In this document: positions 53,081 through 62,893 of the stretch, piece after piece
Layout: each line of letters starts with the position of its first letter
Position numbering within the stretch: the first letter of the stretch is position 1
Source: Candidatus Sericytochromatia bacterium
GTDB lineage: Bacteria > Cyanobacteriota > Sericytochromatia > UBA7694
DNA length: 64,000 nucleotides
Direction: 5' to 3'
Assembly: GCA_015272195.1 (NCBI GenBank)
Contig: JACYMC010000046.1
Coordinates: forward strand, 4,139-68,138
Translations under genes and position numbers: made by a program
The notes under the pieces: model-generated
Told to the model about the DNA's origin: nothing
The model's input: the letters and a program-made list of their open reading frames with translations, nothing else
Databases searched by the model: none

Positions 53081-54976
53081 TCAGCTCTCAGCGCCCAGGG
53101 CGGCCAGTTCTTCCTCGGCCAGCTTCCAGGCTTTGAGGGCTTCGGTCCAGCGGGCCTCGGCCTCAGGCTCGAGGCTCTGCTCGTACTGCTCTTCCAGCTC
53201 CAGGGCTTTCAGGCCGAGCTCCTCGACCTTGCGTTCCAGCTGCTGGCGTTTGCGTCGCAGGGCCTTCTGGGCTTTGTAGTCCTCTTTGCCCCCGGCGGGC
53301 GCTTCCTTTTTGCCCTCAGCGGCCTGTTTGTTTTTGACCTGCTGATCCATCACGGTGCGCTCTTTGAGCGAGACGTCACGGCTGAGGTGGTCGGTGTCGT
53401 ACTTTTCGAGGTACTCGGGGTAAGTGCCTCTGAAGTCGAGATAGCCGTCGGGCTTCAGCTCCAGAATGCGGGTGGCAATGCGGGAAACAAAATAGCGGTT
53501 GTGGCTGACAAAGATCAGCGTGCCCGTATAGGCGGCCAGGGCCTCGGTCAGTTGATCGATGGCTTCGAGATCCAGGTGGTTGGTGGGCTCGTCCAGCACC
53601 AGCACGGTGCTGGGCTCCAGCATCAGCTTGGCAAAGATCAGCCGGGTGGCCTCGCCCCCGCTGAGGGTCGAGATTTTGCTCATGGCGTCGTCTCCCGAAA
53701 AGAGCATGCGGCCCAGCAGGTTGCGGATCAGGCCAATGGTGGCCGTGGCGTCAAAGCTGTAGAGCCAGTCGTAACAGGTCATATCGCCTTTGAGCAGATC
53801 GTGGTAATCCTGCGGAAAGTAGCCCGGCGTGGCCTCATGGCCCCAGCGCGACTCGCCGCTGTCGGGTGCCAGCAATTGCATGATAATTTTCAGCAGGGTC
53901 GATTTGCCCACGCCGTTGGGGCCAATGATCGCCAGGCGATCGCCGCGCTCGACTTCAATCGAGACCTGTTTGAGTACCTGCTTGTCTTCAAAGGACTTGC
54001 TGATGCCGTCAAGGGTCAAAGGGATGATGCCCGAGGTGGTGGCGGGCTTGAACTGAAAATGGGGCCAGCGCCGCGAGGAGGGAATGATCTCGATGTCTTC
54101 CATCTTTTCGAGCATTTTGACCCGTGACTGGGCCTGGGAGGCCTTGGTGGCTTTGGCCTTAAAGCGGTTGATAAACTGCTGCAGGTCTTCTTTTTTCTTT
54201 TCCTGGTTGGCCAGGGCTCGCTCTTTTTGATCTTTTTCGAGTTCTTTGGCGGCCAGAAAGCCGTCGTAATTGCCCGTGTAGAGCTTGACCGTTCCGTAGT
54301 CGATATCCATAATGTGGCTGCAGACGGCGTTTAAAAAGTCGCGGTCATGGGAGACCACAATCAGCAGGCCTGGAAAGTCGCGCAGGTGTTGCTCCAGCCA
54401 TTTGATCGAGAAGATATCGAGGTGGTTGGTAGGTTCGTCGAGCAGCAGAATGTCGGGCTTGCTGAAGAGCAGCTGGGCCATCAGCACGCGCAGCTTATAA
54501 CCCCCCGAGAGGGTTTTGAGGGGGTTCTGGTGCAGCTCAGCGGGAATGCCCAGGCCGTCGAGCAGACGGGCGGCATTGCTTTCAGCGCTGTAGCCGTCGT
54601 GCTGAATGATCACTTCTTCGGCTTCGGCGTAAAGCTCCGCGTCGCGCAGGTCCATATCGCTCTGACGGGTCAGGCGGTCCTGGGTTTCGCGGGCCTGCCA
54701 GAGGGCCTCATTGCCCTGAATGACCGTGTCCATGATGCTGCAGTTTTCGTAGGCGAAGTGATCCTGTTTGAGGTAGCCCACGCTGGCCTGTTTGGGCCAG
54801 GAGATCTCACCGCTGTACTCCTTGACCTGGCCGGTCAGCATTTTGAGCAGGGTGGATTTGCCGGCACCATTGGCACCGACGAGGCCGTAACAATGGCCGG
54901 GATAGAGTTGGTAGGTGACATCTTTGAACAGCACCCGGTCGGCAAATTCAAGACGGACTTGATTGAGTTCTAACAT
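53081..54976 (-). CDS. ABC-F family ribosome-associated ATPase (YbiT-like)
   Basis: Two ABC domains (GANGAGKST, LSGG, LLDEPTNHLD; GPNGVGKST, LSGGE, LDEPTNHLD). No TM segments. Confidence 0.93.
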   Translation of the reverse strand: MLELNQVRLEFADRVLFKDVTYQLYPGHCYGLVGANGAGKSTLLKMLTGQVKEYSGEISWPKQASVGYLKQDHFAYENCSIMDTVIQGNEALWQARETQDRLTRQSDMDLRDAELYAEAEEVIIQHDGYSAESNAARLLDGLGIPAELHQNPLKTLSGGYKLRVLMAQLLFSKPDILLLDEPTNHLDIFSIKWLEQHLRDFPGLLIVVSHDRDFLNAVCSHIMDIDYGTVKLYTGNYDGFLAAKELEKDQKERALANQEKKKEDLQQFINRFKAKATKASQAQSRVKMLEKMEDIEIIPSSRRWPHFQFKPATTSGIIPLTLDGISKSFEDKQVLKQVSIEVERGDRLAIIGPNGVGKSTLLKIIMQLLAPDSGESRWGHEATPGYFPQDYHDLLKGDMTCYDWLYSFDATATIGLIRNLLGRMLFSGDDAMSKISTLSGGEATRLIFAKLMLEPSTVLVLDEPTNHLDLEAIDQLTEALAAYTGTLIFVSHNRYFVSRIATRILELKPDGYLDFRGTYPEYLEKYDTDHLSRDVSLKERTVMDQQVKNKQAAEGKKEAPAGGKEDYKAQKALRRKRQQLERKVEELGLKALELEEQYEQSLEPEAEARWTEALKAWKLAEEELAALGAES

Positions 54977-55021
54977 GGCTTCACTGTAGCAAAAAATACC
55001 GCTGTTGGCAGGCAGATTGCG

Positions 55022-56113
55022 TTATTCTGGCTGCTCATCCTGCGCAGGTAGGTGTAACAAAGGTTTTTTTGGCGGACCGCCCATCACGCGCACCAGCAGC
55101 TGGGCATCGGGCACCTGTTGCAGCACCACCTTGACCAGCACCAGCAGGGGCACGGCCAGAATCGTGCCCACAATGCCCCAGAGATAGGTCCAGGTCACCA
55201 GTCCCAGCAGCACCACCACCGTGTTGATGGAGAGGCTGTTGCCCATCAGCATGGGGTCCAGAATATTGCCCAGCAGAATCTGAAGGCCAATTAAAATCAG
55301 GGCCAGCATCAGTAGCGTGCCGAGCGTAGGGATCTGAATCCAGCCCATAATCACGGGCGGAATGGTGGCGATAATGGAGCCAAAAGTGGGAATAAAATTG
55401 AGCAGAAAAGCCAGAAAGCCCCAGAAAAGGGCAAAGTCGACGCCAAAGAAATGGCAAACCAGCCAGAAGCTGATGCCGGTGCTGAGGCTGATTAAAAATT
55501 TGACCTTGATATACGTGGTGATGGAGCTTTTGATTTGCTCAAAGGCCTGGGTCAGCTTACCGCCCTCAGTACCGCTGACGTAGTTGAGGTAGCGCTCGTA
55601 GTGCAGAATACCGCCCAGGATCACAATCGAGTACAGGGTGGTCATAAACAGAATCGTGCCCACACTTTTTACAAAGCCGGCAAAGGTGCCCGATGAGAGC
55701 AGGAGCTGATTGAGCGAGAGGTATTGGTTCACCAGCTCCCAGAAGCTGCCGGAATAATCGTCGAGATCAATGCGCAGGCGGGTTTCGGCAAAGCGCAGCC
55801 AGGGTTCAATGCGCAACTGAATCTGGGCCAGCAGGCGATCCTGGTCGTTAATAATCTGGGCAAAGGTCTGAAAGATCAAGTCCCCCACCCGGTTGATGGT
55901 ATAAAATACCACCGATAAAATCAGGCTCAGGCTGATGGGAAAGGGCACCCGCCGCTGCTGGAACCATTTCAGAACCGGGTAAAGCAGCAGGGCGACGAAA
56001 AAAGACAGGGCCAGGGGGATAAACAGATTGGAGAGCTCTTTGAGCAGGTAGGCAAACACAATCCCCAGAAAAACCAGCAGGGTATTCTTGATGGTGTTGA
56101 TGTCTTTTTCCAT
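55022..56113 (-). CDS. AI-2E family transporter
   Basis: Multi-TM protein with FLLNFIPTFGSIIA, GNILDP.LMG..L.I and LAVPL motifs. Confidence 0.9.
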   Translation of the reverse strand: MEKDINTIKNTLLVFLGIVFAYLLKELSNLFIPLALSFFVALLLYPVLKWFQQRRVPFPISLSLILSVVFYTINRVGDLIFQTFAQIINDQDRLLAQIQLRIEPWLRFAETRLRIDLDDYSGSFWELVNQYLSLNQLLLSSGTFAGFVKSVGTILFMTTLYSIVILGGILHYERYLNYVSGTEGGKLTQAFEQIKSSITTYIKVKFLISLSTGISFWLVCHFFGVDFALFWGFLAFLLNFIPTFGSIIATIPPVIMGWIQIPTLGTLLMLALILIGLQILLGNILDPMLMGNSLSINTVVVLLGLVTWTYLWGIVGTILAVPLLVLVKVVLQQVPDAQLLVRVMGGPPKKPLLHLPAQDEQPE

Positions 56114-56169
56114 GGGGGTATTTTAGCAGACCTCGCGGGGTGGCGGCCTGCGTGCCGGTGCGTCCAGGC

Positions 56170-58686
56170 TTAAATCTGTTCCAGGCGCTGCAATTGTTCA
56201 CGCAGCAGGCTACGGTTCAAGAACAGCTGGTGCTGCAGGTTTTGCAGCAATTTCTGCATCTGGGCGCGGACCGCCGGCGAAAGCTGTTTGAGCTCGGCAT
56301 CCGACAGATTGCGCAGGGTTACTGCCGTCAGCTCGGCCGCGGCGGCGTTGTTGCCCAGCTGCGTCAGCGGTCGACTCTGGCGTGGCGACGCTTTTTTAGG
56401 CGCGGGCGTGTACAGGCGCTCCAGTAAAGCCTGGGCCTCGGGTTCGGTTGAGCGGCCGATATGGCTGAGCAGCTGCCCCATTTCGGCATTGGAAATTTTA
56501 TGGCGCAGTTCGAGCAGGTGCTGATCTTCTCTGCGGCTGAGCAGTGCCAGGCTTTGGTTCTTGAGGGCAGGATCTGTCAAAATCTGGACCAGATTCTGGC
56601 GCTCGGTAATACCCGGTAGCCAGCGGTCTTTGAGGGAACGCGAGATCCGTGCCAGCCCTTCAGCACTGAAATGCTCTTTTTGCTGGGCTGGGATGTTGGA
56701 CCAGATGGTCTGTATTTCGTCGTGCCGGTTTTCCTGAGCTATTCGCCCGAGCATGCTCTCAAGCATGCGGGCGCTTTCAGCGAGCGGCTCTGCCTTTGTC
56801 AGGTTTTGCATAATGACCAGCAGCTGCTGTTTATCTTCCAGTTCTTCGGCCAGTCGGGGCACATTGATCTGGCGCATCAGCGGCATAAATTCTTCTGCCG
56901 GGCTTCGGGTGATCAGGGTATGAATCATGGCTTCGGCTTCAGCCGACGTGCCGCCGTCCATCAATTGGTTGATAACCTGAACCTTTTCGCTGACAGGGGC
57001 CTGCAGCAGGCGCTCTTGTTCGGGCAGCCCGGCCCCGAGTTGCCAGAAAGGCCGGCTGGCCGGGTCGCTCTGGTAGGATGCCAGGGTGGCTTTTTCCTGA
57101 TCCAGAATACCCAGCTGGCGCAGATCCTGCCTGACCTGGCCGGTGGCATCGCTTTCGCCATAGGCATGGTTGATGCCCCAGGCGGCCAGCCCCACCACCG
57201 TGGAGCCAATCAGGGTAATGGGGGCTGCGGGGCCACTCATCACGGTCAGGGCCGCCAGACTGGCCAGCCCTGAGCTCACGCCAGCGGCCCGCACGCCCAT
57301 ACCGACAGCATCTTCATTTTTGATTTCGCGGGCCAGAGCCACGGCTTCCAGCGTGGTGTTCACACCCGATACCACTGAAAACAAGAGCGGGACTTTAATC
57401 GCTGAACCCAGCTGTACGGTGTAGTTGATTTTACTGGCCGCTTCGGCCGCCCGGCTCATGCCCGCCATCCGCAGGGCAAAATGAGACATGGAGGCCGTGG
57501 CGAGTGAGCTGGCGGTCAGGCTGGCCCAGGTTTCGGGATCCTGGGGCAAATCCTGTTGCAGCAGCGAGGTGATCGAGCCGGCCAGCAATACCGTACCGAT
57601 CACGTTCTGGGTTTGTATACGCGATAGCAGAGCGGTGGCACTGTGCTGCAGATCAGGGGGCAGCTGATCGACGCGGTTGACCAGGACCTGGGCCAGTTGC
57701 TGGGGTGTGCTGGCCTGCGCGCCCTGGGCCAGATTGGCCACGGCCTGGGTCAGCTGCACAATTTTTTCGTCAGAGAGATTGGCCAGCAGGGCCAGGTTAT
57801 TGGCCTGCATGCCCACACGTGCTGCGGATTGCTGGGCGCGCAGGTAGAGCGCGAGCGCGTCACTGAGGGTGGCGCGGGCCTCATCTCCGCTGGCGTCGCT
57901 GGACTGGATCAGACGCATGGCCTGAAAACGCAGGGTTTTTTCGAGTAAATCCTCGCTGATGCCTTCTGCCAGGCGGGGGCTCATGATCGACAGCGCCGAC
58001 AGCTCCTGCTGTACCTTGCTCTGAATGGCTGCAGGCTCCAGATTCAGCAGCTCTTCCTGAAAACTGTCTGATAGCAGATAAGCCGCCTGTTGGTGGGCGC
58101 GCAGCCGGCGGTCGGTAAACACTTCTTCGAGGGCTTCAACACGGACTTTTTCAAAGGTTTCACGAATTTCCGGACTTTGCACCAGGCTTTCGTAGCTGGC
58201 CTCAATCTGGCCTTTGCGCATTTGCAGCACGTCCCAGGCCTGGCGATCTGTGCGGCGCAGCTCCGGGTCGCGCAGCTGGGCCATCAGCCGCACGCTGGTT
58301 TCAAACTGATCCAGTAAGGAGTTGTCCGCGGCCTGACTCAGTTGTTCGCGCACTTTGCTGTGGTAAACCTCCAACACCTGCTCAATTTCTTCAGACTGTA
58401 CAATCCGGGGTTTAACGTCCAGCAGCTCAAAGGCCGGGTGCAGCTTTTCGGGGATGTTGGCCGGGTTTTGTGCGGCGGGTGCGTCGGTGTTTTCAGCAAA
58501 GGGAATTTCAGTCAGGCTTTGTCCCGTTGTGCTGGCCGTCTCCAGATCCAGACGGTCGGCGGTCAGCAGCGGTACGTCTGAGGGCGTCAGACCCTGGCCT
58601 TCGGGTTTGACACGGGGTGTTTCAGCCGGCGGTTCTGCAGGGGAAGGCGCAGGAGCAGCAGGGTTTACAGCAGCGCGGATATCCAT
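56170..58686 (-). CDS. Large orphan protein with low-complexity N-terminus and central hydrophobic Gly/Ala/Ser helices (effector/pore-former-like)
   Basis: 838-aa ORF with genome-like codon use. Hydrophobic helices such as SSGLASLAALTVMSGPAAPITLIGSTVVGLAAWGI. No signal peptide. Confidence 0.7.
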   Translation of the reverse strand: MDIRAAVNPAAPAPSPAEPPAETPRVKPEGQGLTPSDVPLLTADRLDLETASTTGQSLTEIPFAENTDAPAAQNPANIPEKLHPAFELLDVKPRIVQSEEIEQVLEVYHSKVREQLSQAADNSLLDQFETSVRLMAQLRDPELRRTDRQAWDVLQMRKGQIEASYESLVQSPEIRETFEKVRVEALEEVFTDRRLRAHQQAAYLLSDSFQEELLNLEPAAIQSKVQQELSALSIMSPRLAEGISEDLLEKTLRFQAMRLIQSSDASGDEARATLSDALALYLRAQQSAARVGMQANNLALLANLSDEKIVQLTQAVANLAQGAQASTPQQLAQVLVNRVDQLPPDLQHSATALLSRIQTQNVIGTVLLAGSITSLLQQDLPQDPETWASLTASSLATASMSHFALRMAGMSRAAEAASKINYTVQLGSAIKVPLLFSVVSGVNTTLEAVALAREIKNEDAVGMGVRAAGVSSGLASLAALTVMSGPAAPITLIGSTVVGLAAWGINHAYGESDATGQVRQDLRQLGILDQEKATLASYQSDPASRPFWQLGAGLPEQERLLQAPVSEKVQVINQLMDGGTSAEAEAMIHTLITRSPAEEFMPLMRQINVPRLAEELEDKQQLLVIMQNLTKAEPLAESARMLESMLGRIAQENRHDEIQTIWSNIPAQQKEHFSAEGLARISRSLKDRWLPGITERQNLVQILTDPALKNQSLALLSRREDQHLLELRHKISNAEMGQLLSHIGRSTEPEAQALLERLYTPAPKKASPRQSRPLTQLGNNAAAAELTAVTLRNLSDAELKQLSPAVRAQMQKLLQNLQHQLFLNRSLLREQLQRLEQI

Positions 58687-58790
58687 GGTTTTCCTGTTCG
58701 GTATTTGATCAGATCTTGGGATGCGACAGTCAGTGCTGTATTATCGCCTGTTCAGGGAGGGTTCTGACGCTGCTTAGGCTTAAAAAATGC

Positions 58791-60965
58791 TTAATTTTCA
58801 GGGGCAGGGTGGTCCGCAGTGGTCGACCAGGGCTGCCACCAGTTCCATTTGCCCATCAGCATCATAAAAGCGGGCACCAGCAGCAGGCGCACCAGGGTGG
58901 CATCCAGCAGAATGGTGGCCGTAATGCCCAGGCAAATCTGCTGCACGACAGGTGAACTGGAGGTGGCCCCCACCGAAAAAATGCCCAGCAGAATCAGGGC
59001 CGCGCCGGTAATAATTCCACTGCTGCGGGTCAGGCCGTGGACCACCGCTTCGCGCACATCGCCGTGCTGCTGCCAGGCTTCGTCAATCCGGCTCAGAATC
59101 AGCACTTCATAGTCCATGCTCAGGCCAAAAACAATGCAAAACAGTACCATCGGCACAATATTGACAATGCCGTCATGGGCCTGCAGCCAGCCCCACTGAA
59201 AGGCCCAGACCAGAATGCCAAAAGCACTCATAATCGGCAAAAAGTTCATCAGGCCCGCTTTGAGGGGCAGCACCACCGAGCGCAGCCAGAGGGCCAGCAA
59301 GAGGGTGATGCTGGCCAGAATCAGGCCAAACATCAGGGGCAGGTGGCGGTACATTTCATGGGTAAAGCTCTGGGCGCGGGCCACAATGCCGCCGATTTCG
59401 AACCTGATTTCAGGGTGCTCAGCCTGCCAGCTGCGCAGCCACTCCAGCAGGCGGTAGCTTTGCTGGATATTCAGCGCGTCGCGCTGGTGAATATTGATCA
59501 GGGTGATTTCTCCAGCGGGCGTCTGGCGCAGCAGCGGCAGCTCCGGGCCCAGCAGGCCGCCCAGCAGCTGCAGCTGTTGCAGCAGGCTCTGGTAATGCGC
59601 CAGCGGCTCGCGGCCAGAGACCAGGCCCTGGACCCAGTCGACTTCGGGGTGTTTTTCGAGCTGCGTGATCAGTTCGTACATCGGCTGAAGGGTGTCTGTA
59701 GCGAGCACCGACTGACCTTCAGGGGCATAAACCAGCAGCTGAATCGGCAGAATCTCGCCCCCCCAGCCGTCGGCAGCCAGCACCTCAAAGCCCTGTACCG
59801 AAGGTGAAGAGCGGGGCGCAACCGATTGCAGCGGTTCCCAGAGATAGATGCTTTTGAGGGGCCAGGCCAATAGCACCAGCAGACTTAAAGAGAGCAAAAA
59901 GTAGCGCCAGGGATGGCGGGTCACGTGCAGGGCCAGGCGCCGCCAGCGCAGCTCGTTATGCCAGCCCAGAATCCGCCGCGACAGGCCACGGGGCCAGTTG
60001 AGCAAGCCGTCCAGCGACAACAGAAGCACCGGCAGGCAGATCACGGCGTTAAGCAGGGCAATGACCACCACCAGCATCAGGTTCTGGACCGTGCCCCGCA
60101 AAGCCTCCACTTCAGGAATCAGCAGAATCACCAGGGCGGCCAGCATGACCAGGGCAGAGTAGGTCAGGGTGCGGCCTGTGCGGCGCAGCACCTGCGTCAG
60201 GGCTTCGGTCATGCTGTGGTTTTGACGCTCTTCGCGGTAGCGGCTGACCACAAACAGACTGTAATCAATCGTCAGGCCCAGGCCCAGCATGCTGTTGAGC
60301 ACCAGCGAGGTCTGGTTGCTGCCTATTTGCAGCCATTGCAGCAGCACCTGGGTCCAGAGCAGGGTGCTGGCCCCCACCAGCAGGGGCAGCAGGGCCGCGC
60401 TGAGGCTGCCAAAGCAAAAGACCAGCACCACAAAAGCCAGCAGCAGGCCCCAGCGCTCCGCGCTGGCCGTGTCCTGCCGGCTGGCCTGGGCCATATCGTA
60501 AAAGAAGGGCTGCTGACCTGTCAGCCAGCTTTTGACTCCGCTTTGTGCCTCCCAGTCGCGCATGATCTGCCGGACCACCGGTACCAGGGCTTCGACTTCA
60601 AAGACCGCTTTGCTGACGTCAAACTGCAGATAATAAACCCGGTTGCGGTGAGCGCTTTCACCCGGAATCTCCTGCAGGCGATCAAAGAGCGGCAGGGCTT
60701 CCAGCTGCCCGATCACCTCTGCGGGCAGTTCAGCCCCGGCGTCCAGCACCAGGGCCATACTGTTTTCGATTTTGAGCCCAAAATAATCCCGCAGGGCGTA
60801 TTGCACCCGGGCCGCTTCACTCTGGCTGGCCCCGCCGGCTTGCATAACGGCCAGGGGGCGGGGGCTGCTGAAGGTCCAGAAACCGGCCAGCAGCCAGGCC
60901 ATCAGCACCAGAACCAGACCGGCATGGCGATAGGCAACGAGCAACTGAATCCAGACGCGCAGCAT
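58791..60965 (-). CDS. MMPL/RND family transporter
   Basis: GLGLTIDYSLFVVSRYREE, GRTLTYS, FGLSMDYEVLILSRI.E and DATLVRLLLVPA motifs. Start ATG 60965 with GGAG SD. Confidence 0.92.
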   Translation of the reverse strand: MLRVWIQLLVAYRHAGLVLVLMAWLLAGFWTFSSPRPLAVMQAGGASQSEAARVQYALRDYFGLKIENSMALVLDAGAELPAEVIGQLEALPLFDRLQEIPGESAHRNRVYYLQFDVSKAVFEVEALVPVVRQIMRDWEAQSGVKSWLTGQQPFFYDMAQASRQDTASAERWGLLLAFVVLVFCFGSLSAALLPLLVGASTLLWTQVLLQWLQIGSNQTSLVLNSMLGLGLTIDYSLFVVSRYREERQNHSMTEALTQVLRRTGRTLTYSALVMLAALVILLIPEVEALRGTVQNLMLVVVIALLNAVICLPVLLLSLDGLLNWPRGLSRRILGWHNELRWRRLALHVTRHPWRYFLLSLSLLVLLAWPLKSIYLWEPLQSVAPRSSPSVQGFEVLAADGWGGEILPIQLLVYAPEGQSVLATDTLQPMYELITQLEKHPEVDWVQGLVSGREPLAHYQSLLQQLQLLGGLLGPELPLLRQTPAGEITLINIHQRDALNIQQSYRLLEWLRSWQAEHPEIRFEIGGIVARAQSFTHEMYRHLPLMFGLILASITLLLALWLRSVVLPLKAGLMNFLPIMSAFGILVWAFQWGWLQAHDGIVNIVPMVLFCIVFGLSMDYEVLILSRIDEAWQQHGDVREAVVHGLTRSSGIITGAALILLGIFSVGATSSSPVVQQICLGITATILLDATLVRLLLVPAFMMLMGKWNWWQPWSTTADHPAPEN

Positions 60966-61018
60966 GTGTTTTTCTCCTGGGCCTTGACTGGTCTGTATTG
61001 TACCCGCAAACCGCTTGC

Positions 61019-61047
61019 TTGGCAGCACACCCCATTGCGGCTAGAAT
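61019..61047 (+). promoter_or_regulatory. sigma70 promoter of the DUF2339 gene
   Basis: TTGGCA (61019-24), N17, TAGAAT (61042-47). Confidence 0.65.
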
Positions 61048-61054
61048 GAAGCTC

Positions 61055-62884
61055 ATGACATCCGAACATGATTTAGCCGCTGAAGTCCAGCGCCTGCAGG
61101 CCCGCCAGCTGGCCCTGGAGCATCGGCTTGCGCAGCTGGAAGCAAAGCAGTCTTTGCCGCCGGGGCCTGCGCTGCGTCTGCCCTGGGCACAGCGCCGCGC
61201 CACGCCGGCGTCTGTCGCTGAGACTGAAGCCCTTACGCAGCAGGCTGCGCGACAGGCCCGAACGCTTGAAAACCTGATGGGATTGCAGGGTTTCAGCTGG
61301 CTGGGCATTCTGGCTTTGATCAGCGGCCTGGCCATGTTTGTGCGCTATGCCTACCTTGAAGGCTGGCTGGGTCCCTGGGCCACGCTGCTGGCGGGCCTGC
61401 TGCTTGCCACGGGGCTGATTGTGGCCGGTGAGTACACCAGCCGTCTGGAGCGCTACCGCACCTGGGCCCATTCTCTGATGGGCGGTGGTGTGGCCCTGCT
61501 GTACTTTCTGGCTTATGCCGCCTATCACTTCAGTTATTTTCAGAAGGTCACGCACCTGAACGCTTTGACCGATACGCTGTTGCTGATTGCTGTCGTTGTG
61601 CTGGGCATGGTGCTGGCGCTGCGCCGCCAGTCCCAGAATCTGGCCAGCCGGGCCTTTGTGCTGGGTTTTGCGACCTCTTTTTTCAGTCAGGATTTTGCAC
61701 TGCTGACCCTGAGCTACAACTTCTTGCTGTCGCTGGGCCTGCTGGCTGTGGCGGCCCGCGCCGGCTGGATCCAGCTGGCTTTGATGGGTGTGGCTGGCTC
61801 CTGGGGTTTACACGGCCTCTGGGCTTACCATAACCCGGAGCAGGCCCTGAGTATTCAGGGCCTGGCTCTGGTGTATCTGGTGCTTTACACGCTGCTGTAT
61901 GCCGTGCTGCGCGGTGCAGAAAAACCGGTCAATCCCTGGCTGCAGCTGCTGGCCAGCCTGAATCTGATGGGCTATGGTGTGCTGACCGCCATGAACCATA
62001 CCAGCCTGACGGCGCCGCTTCGTCTGGGGCTGCACGGGACCCTGACTTTGTTGGTGCTGGGCGGCTTTTGCTGGGGCTTAAAGTATTCCCGCTGGCGCCT
62101 GCCCACCTGGTTGCAGGGCTTGCTGCTCAGTCAGGCGGTCTTCTGGTTCTATGGCGCGATTCATGCCCAGGCGGGTCTGCTCTTCTGGCTGCTGAGCCTG
62201 TCTCTGGCGTTGGCGGGTTTGGGCCGCTTGTTACAGCGCCAGGCCCAACCGGCCGGACTGGTGGATGCTCTGGCCCTGACCCTGCTGCTGCGGGCCGCTT
62301 TTGTGGCCTTTGATAAACCCTGGCTGCAGCTGGCCCTGGCCTTACTCCTGCTGGCTTTCTGCCTGCTGACGCGCTGGTTGGCCTATGCCCACCGCCTGGC
62401 GTTGATGGTGCTCAGCGTTGTAACGCCCTGGCTGCTGTTTCAGATTTATGCCGATCAGCTGCGCAACCTGGGTTTTCTTTTCAGTGTGGATACCCTGGTG
62501 CTTGTGCTGCTCTGGCTGGCTATGCTGACGCTGTCGCCTCAGGTGCACCGTTCCTGGGTGCATGTCTTGACATGGCCTGTGACCCTGCTCAGCGCCTGCT
62601 GGCTGTTTGTGATTCTGCCGCTGCCAGCGATTTCACCTGCCTGGGCTGGCTGCGGGGCGCTGCTGAGCGCAAGTGGTTTTGCTCTTTCGCGCCCTGTGTT
62701 ACGCTATCAGGGTCTGGCCCTCTTGTTGGCCGCTGGAAGCAAAATCTACTTCTGGGATTTGCGGGATTTATCTCTCGGTTACAGGATTCTGTCTTTGCTG
62801 GTTCTGGGGGTGCTCCTACTGGCCGTGGCCTGGTTGTATACACGCTTTCAATCCCCACCGGGGAAACAGAAAACACAGACTTGA
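61055..62884 (+). CDS. DUF2339-family polytopic membrane protein
   Basis: N-terminal coiled coil, LE..MG...F.WLG, many TM helices, and C-terminal K....DL..L..G.RI.S..V.G.LLL pattern. Start uncertain (61046 or 61055). Confidence 0.85.
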   Translation: MTSEHDLAAEVQRLQARQLALEHRLAQLEAKQSLPPGPALRLPWAQRRATPASVAETEALTQQAARQARTLENLMGLQGFSWLGILALISGLAMFVRYAYLEGWLGPWATLLAGLLLATGLIVAGEYTSRLERYRTWAHSLMGGGVALLYFLAYAAYHFSYFQKVTHLNALTDTLLLIAVVVLGMVLALRRQSQNLASRAFVLGFATSFFSQDFALLTLSYNFLLSLGLLAVAARAGWIQLALMGVAGSWGLHGLWAYHNPEQALSIQGLALVYLVLYTLLYAVLRGAEKPVNPWLQLLASLNLMGYGVLTAMNHTSLTAPLRLGLHGTLTLLVLGGFCWGLKYSRWRLPTWLQGLLLSQAVFWFYGAIHAQAGLLFWLLSLSLALAGLGRLLQRQAQPAGLVDALALTLLLRAAFVAFDKPWLQLALALLLLAFCLLTRWLAYAHRLALMVLSVVTPWLLFQIYADQLRNLGFLFSVDTLVLVLLWLAMLTLSPQVHRSWVHVLTWPVTLLSACWLFVILPLPAISPAWAGCGALLSASGFALSRPVLRYQGLALLLAAGSKIYFWDLRDLSLGYRILSLLVLGVLLLAVAWLYTRFQSPPGKQKTQT

Positions 62885-62893
62885 GGATGGGGT

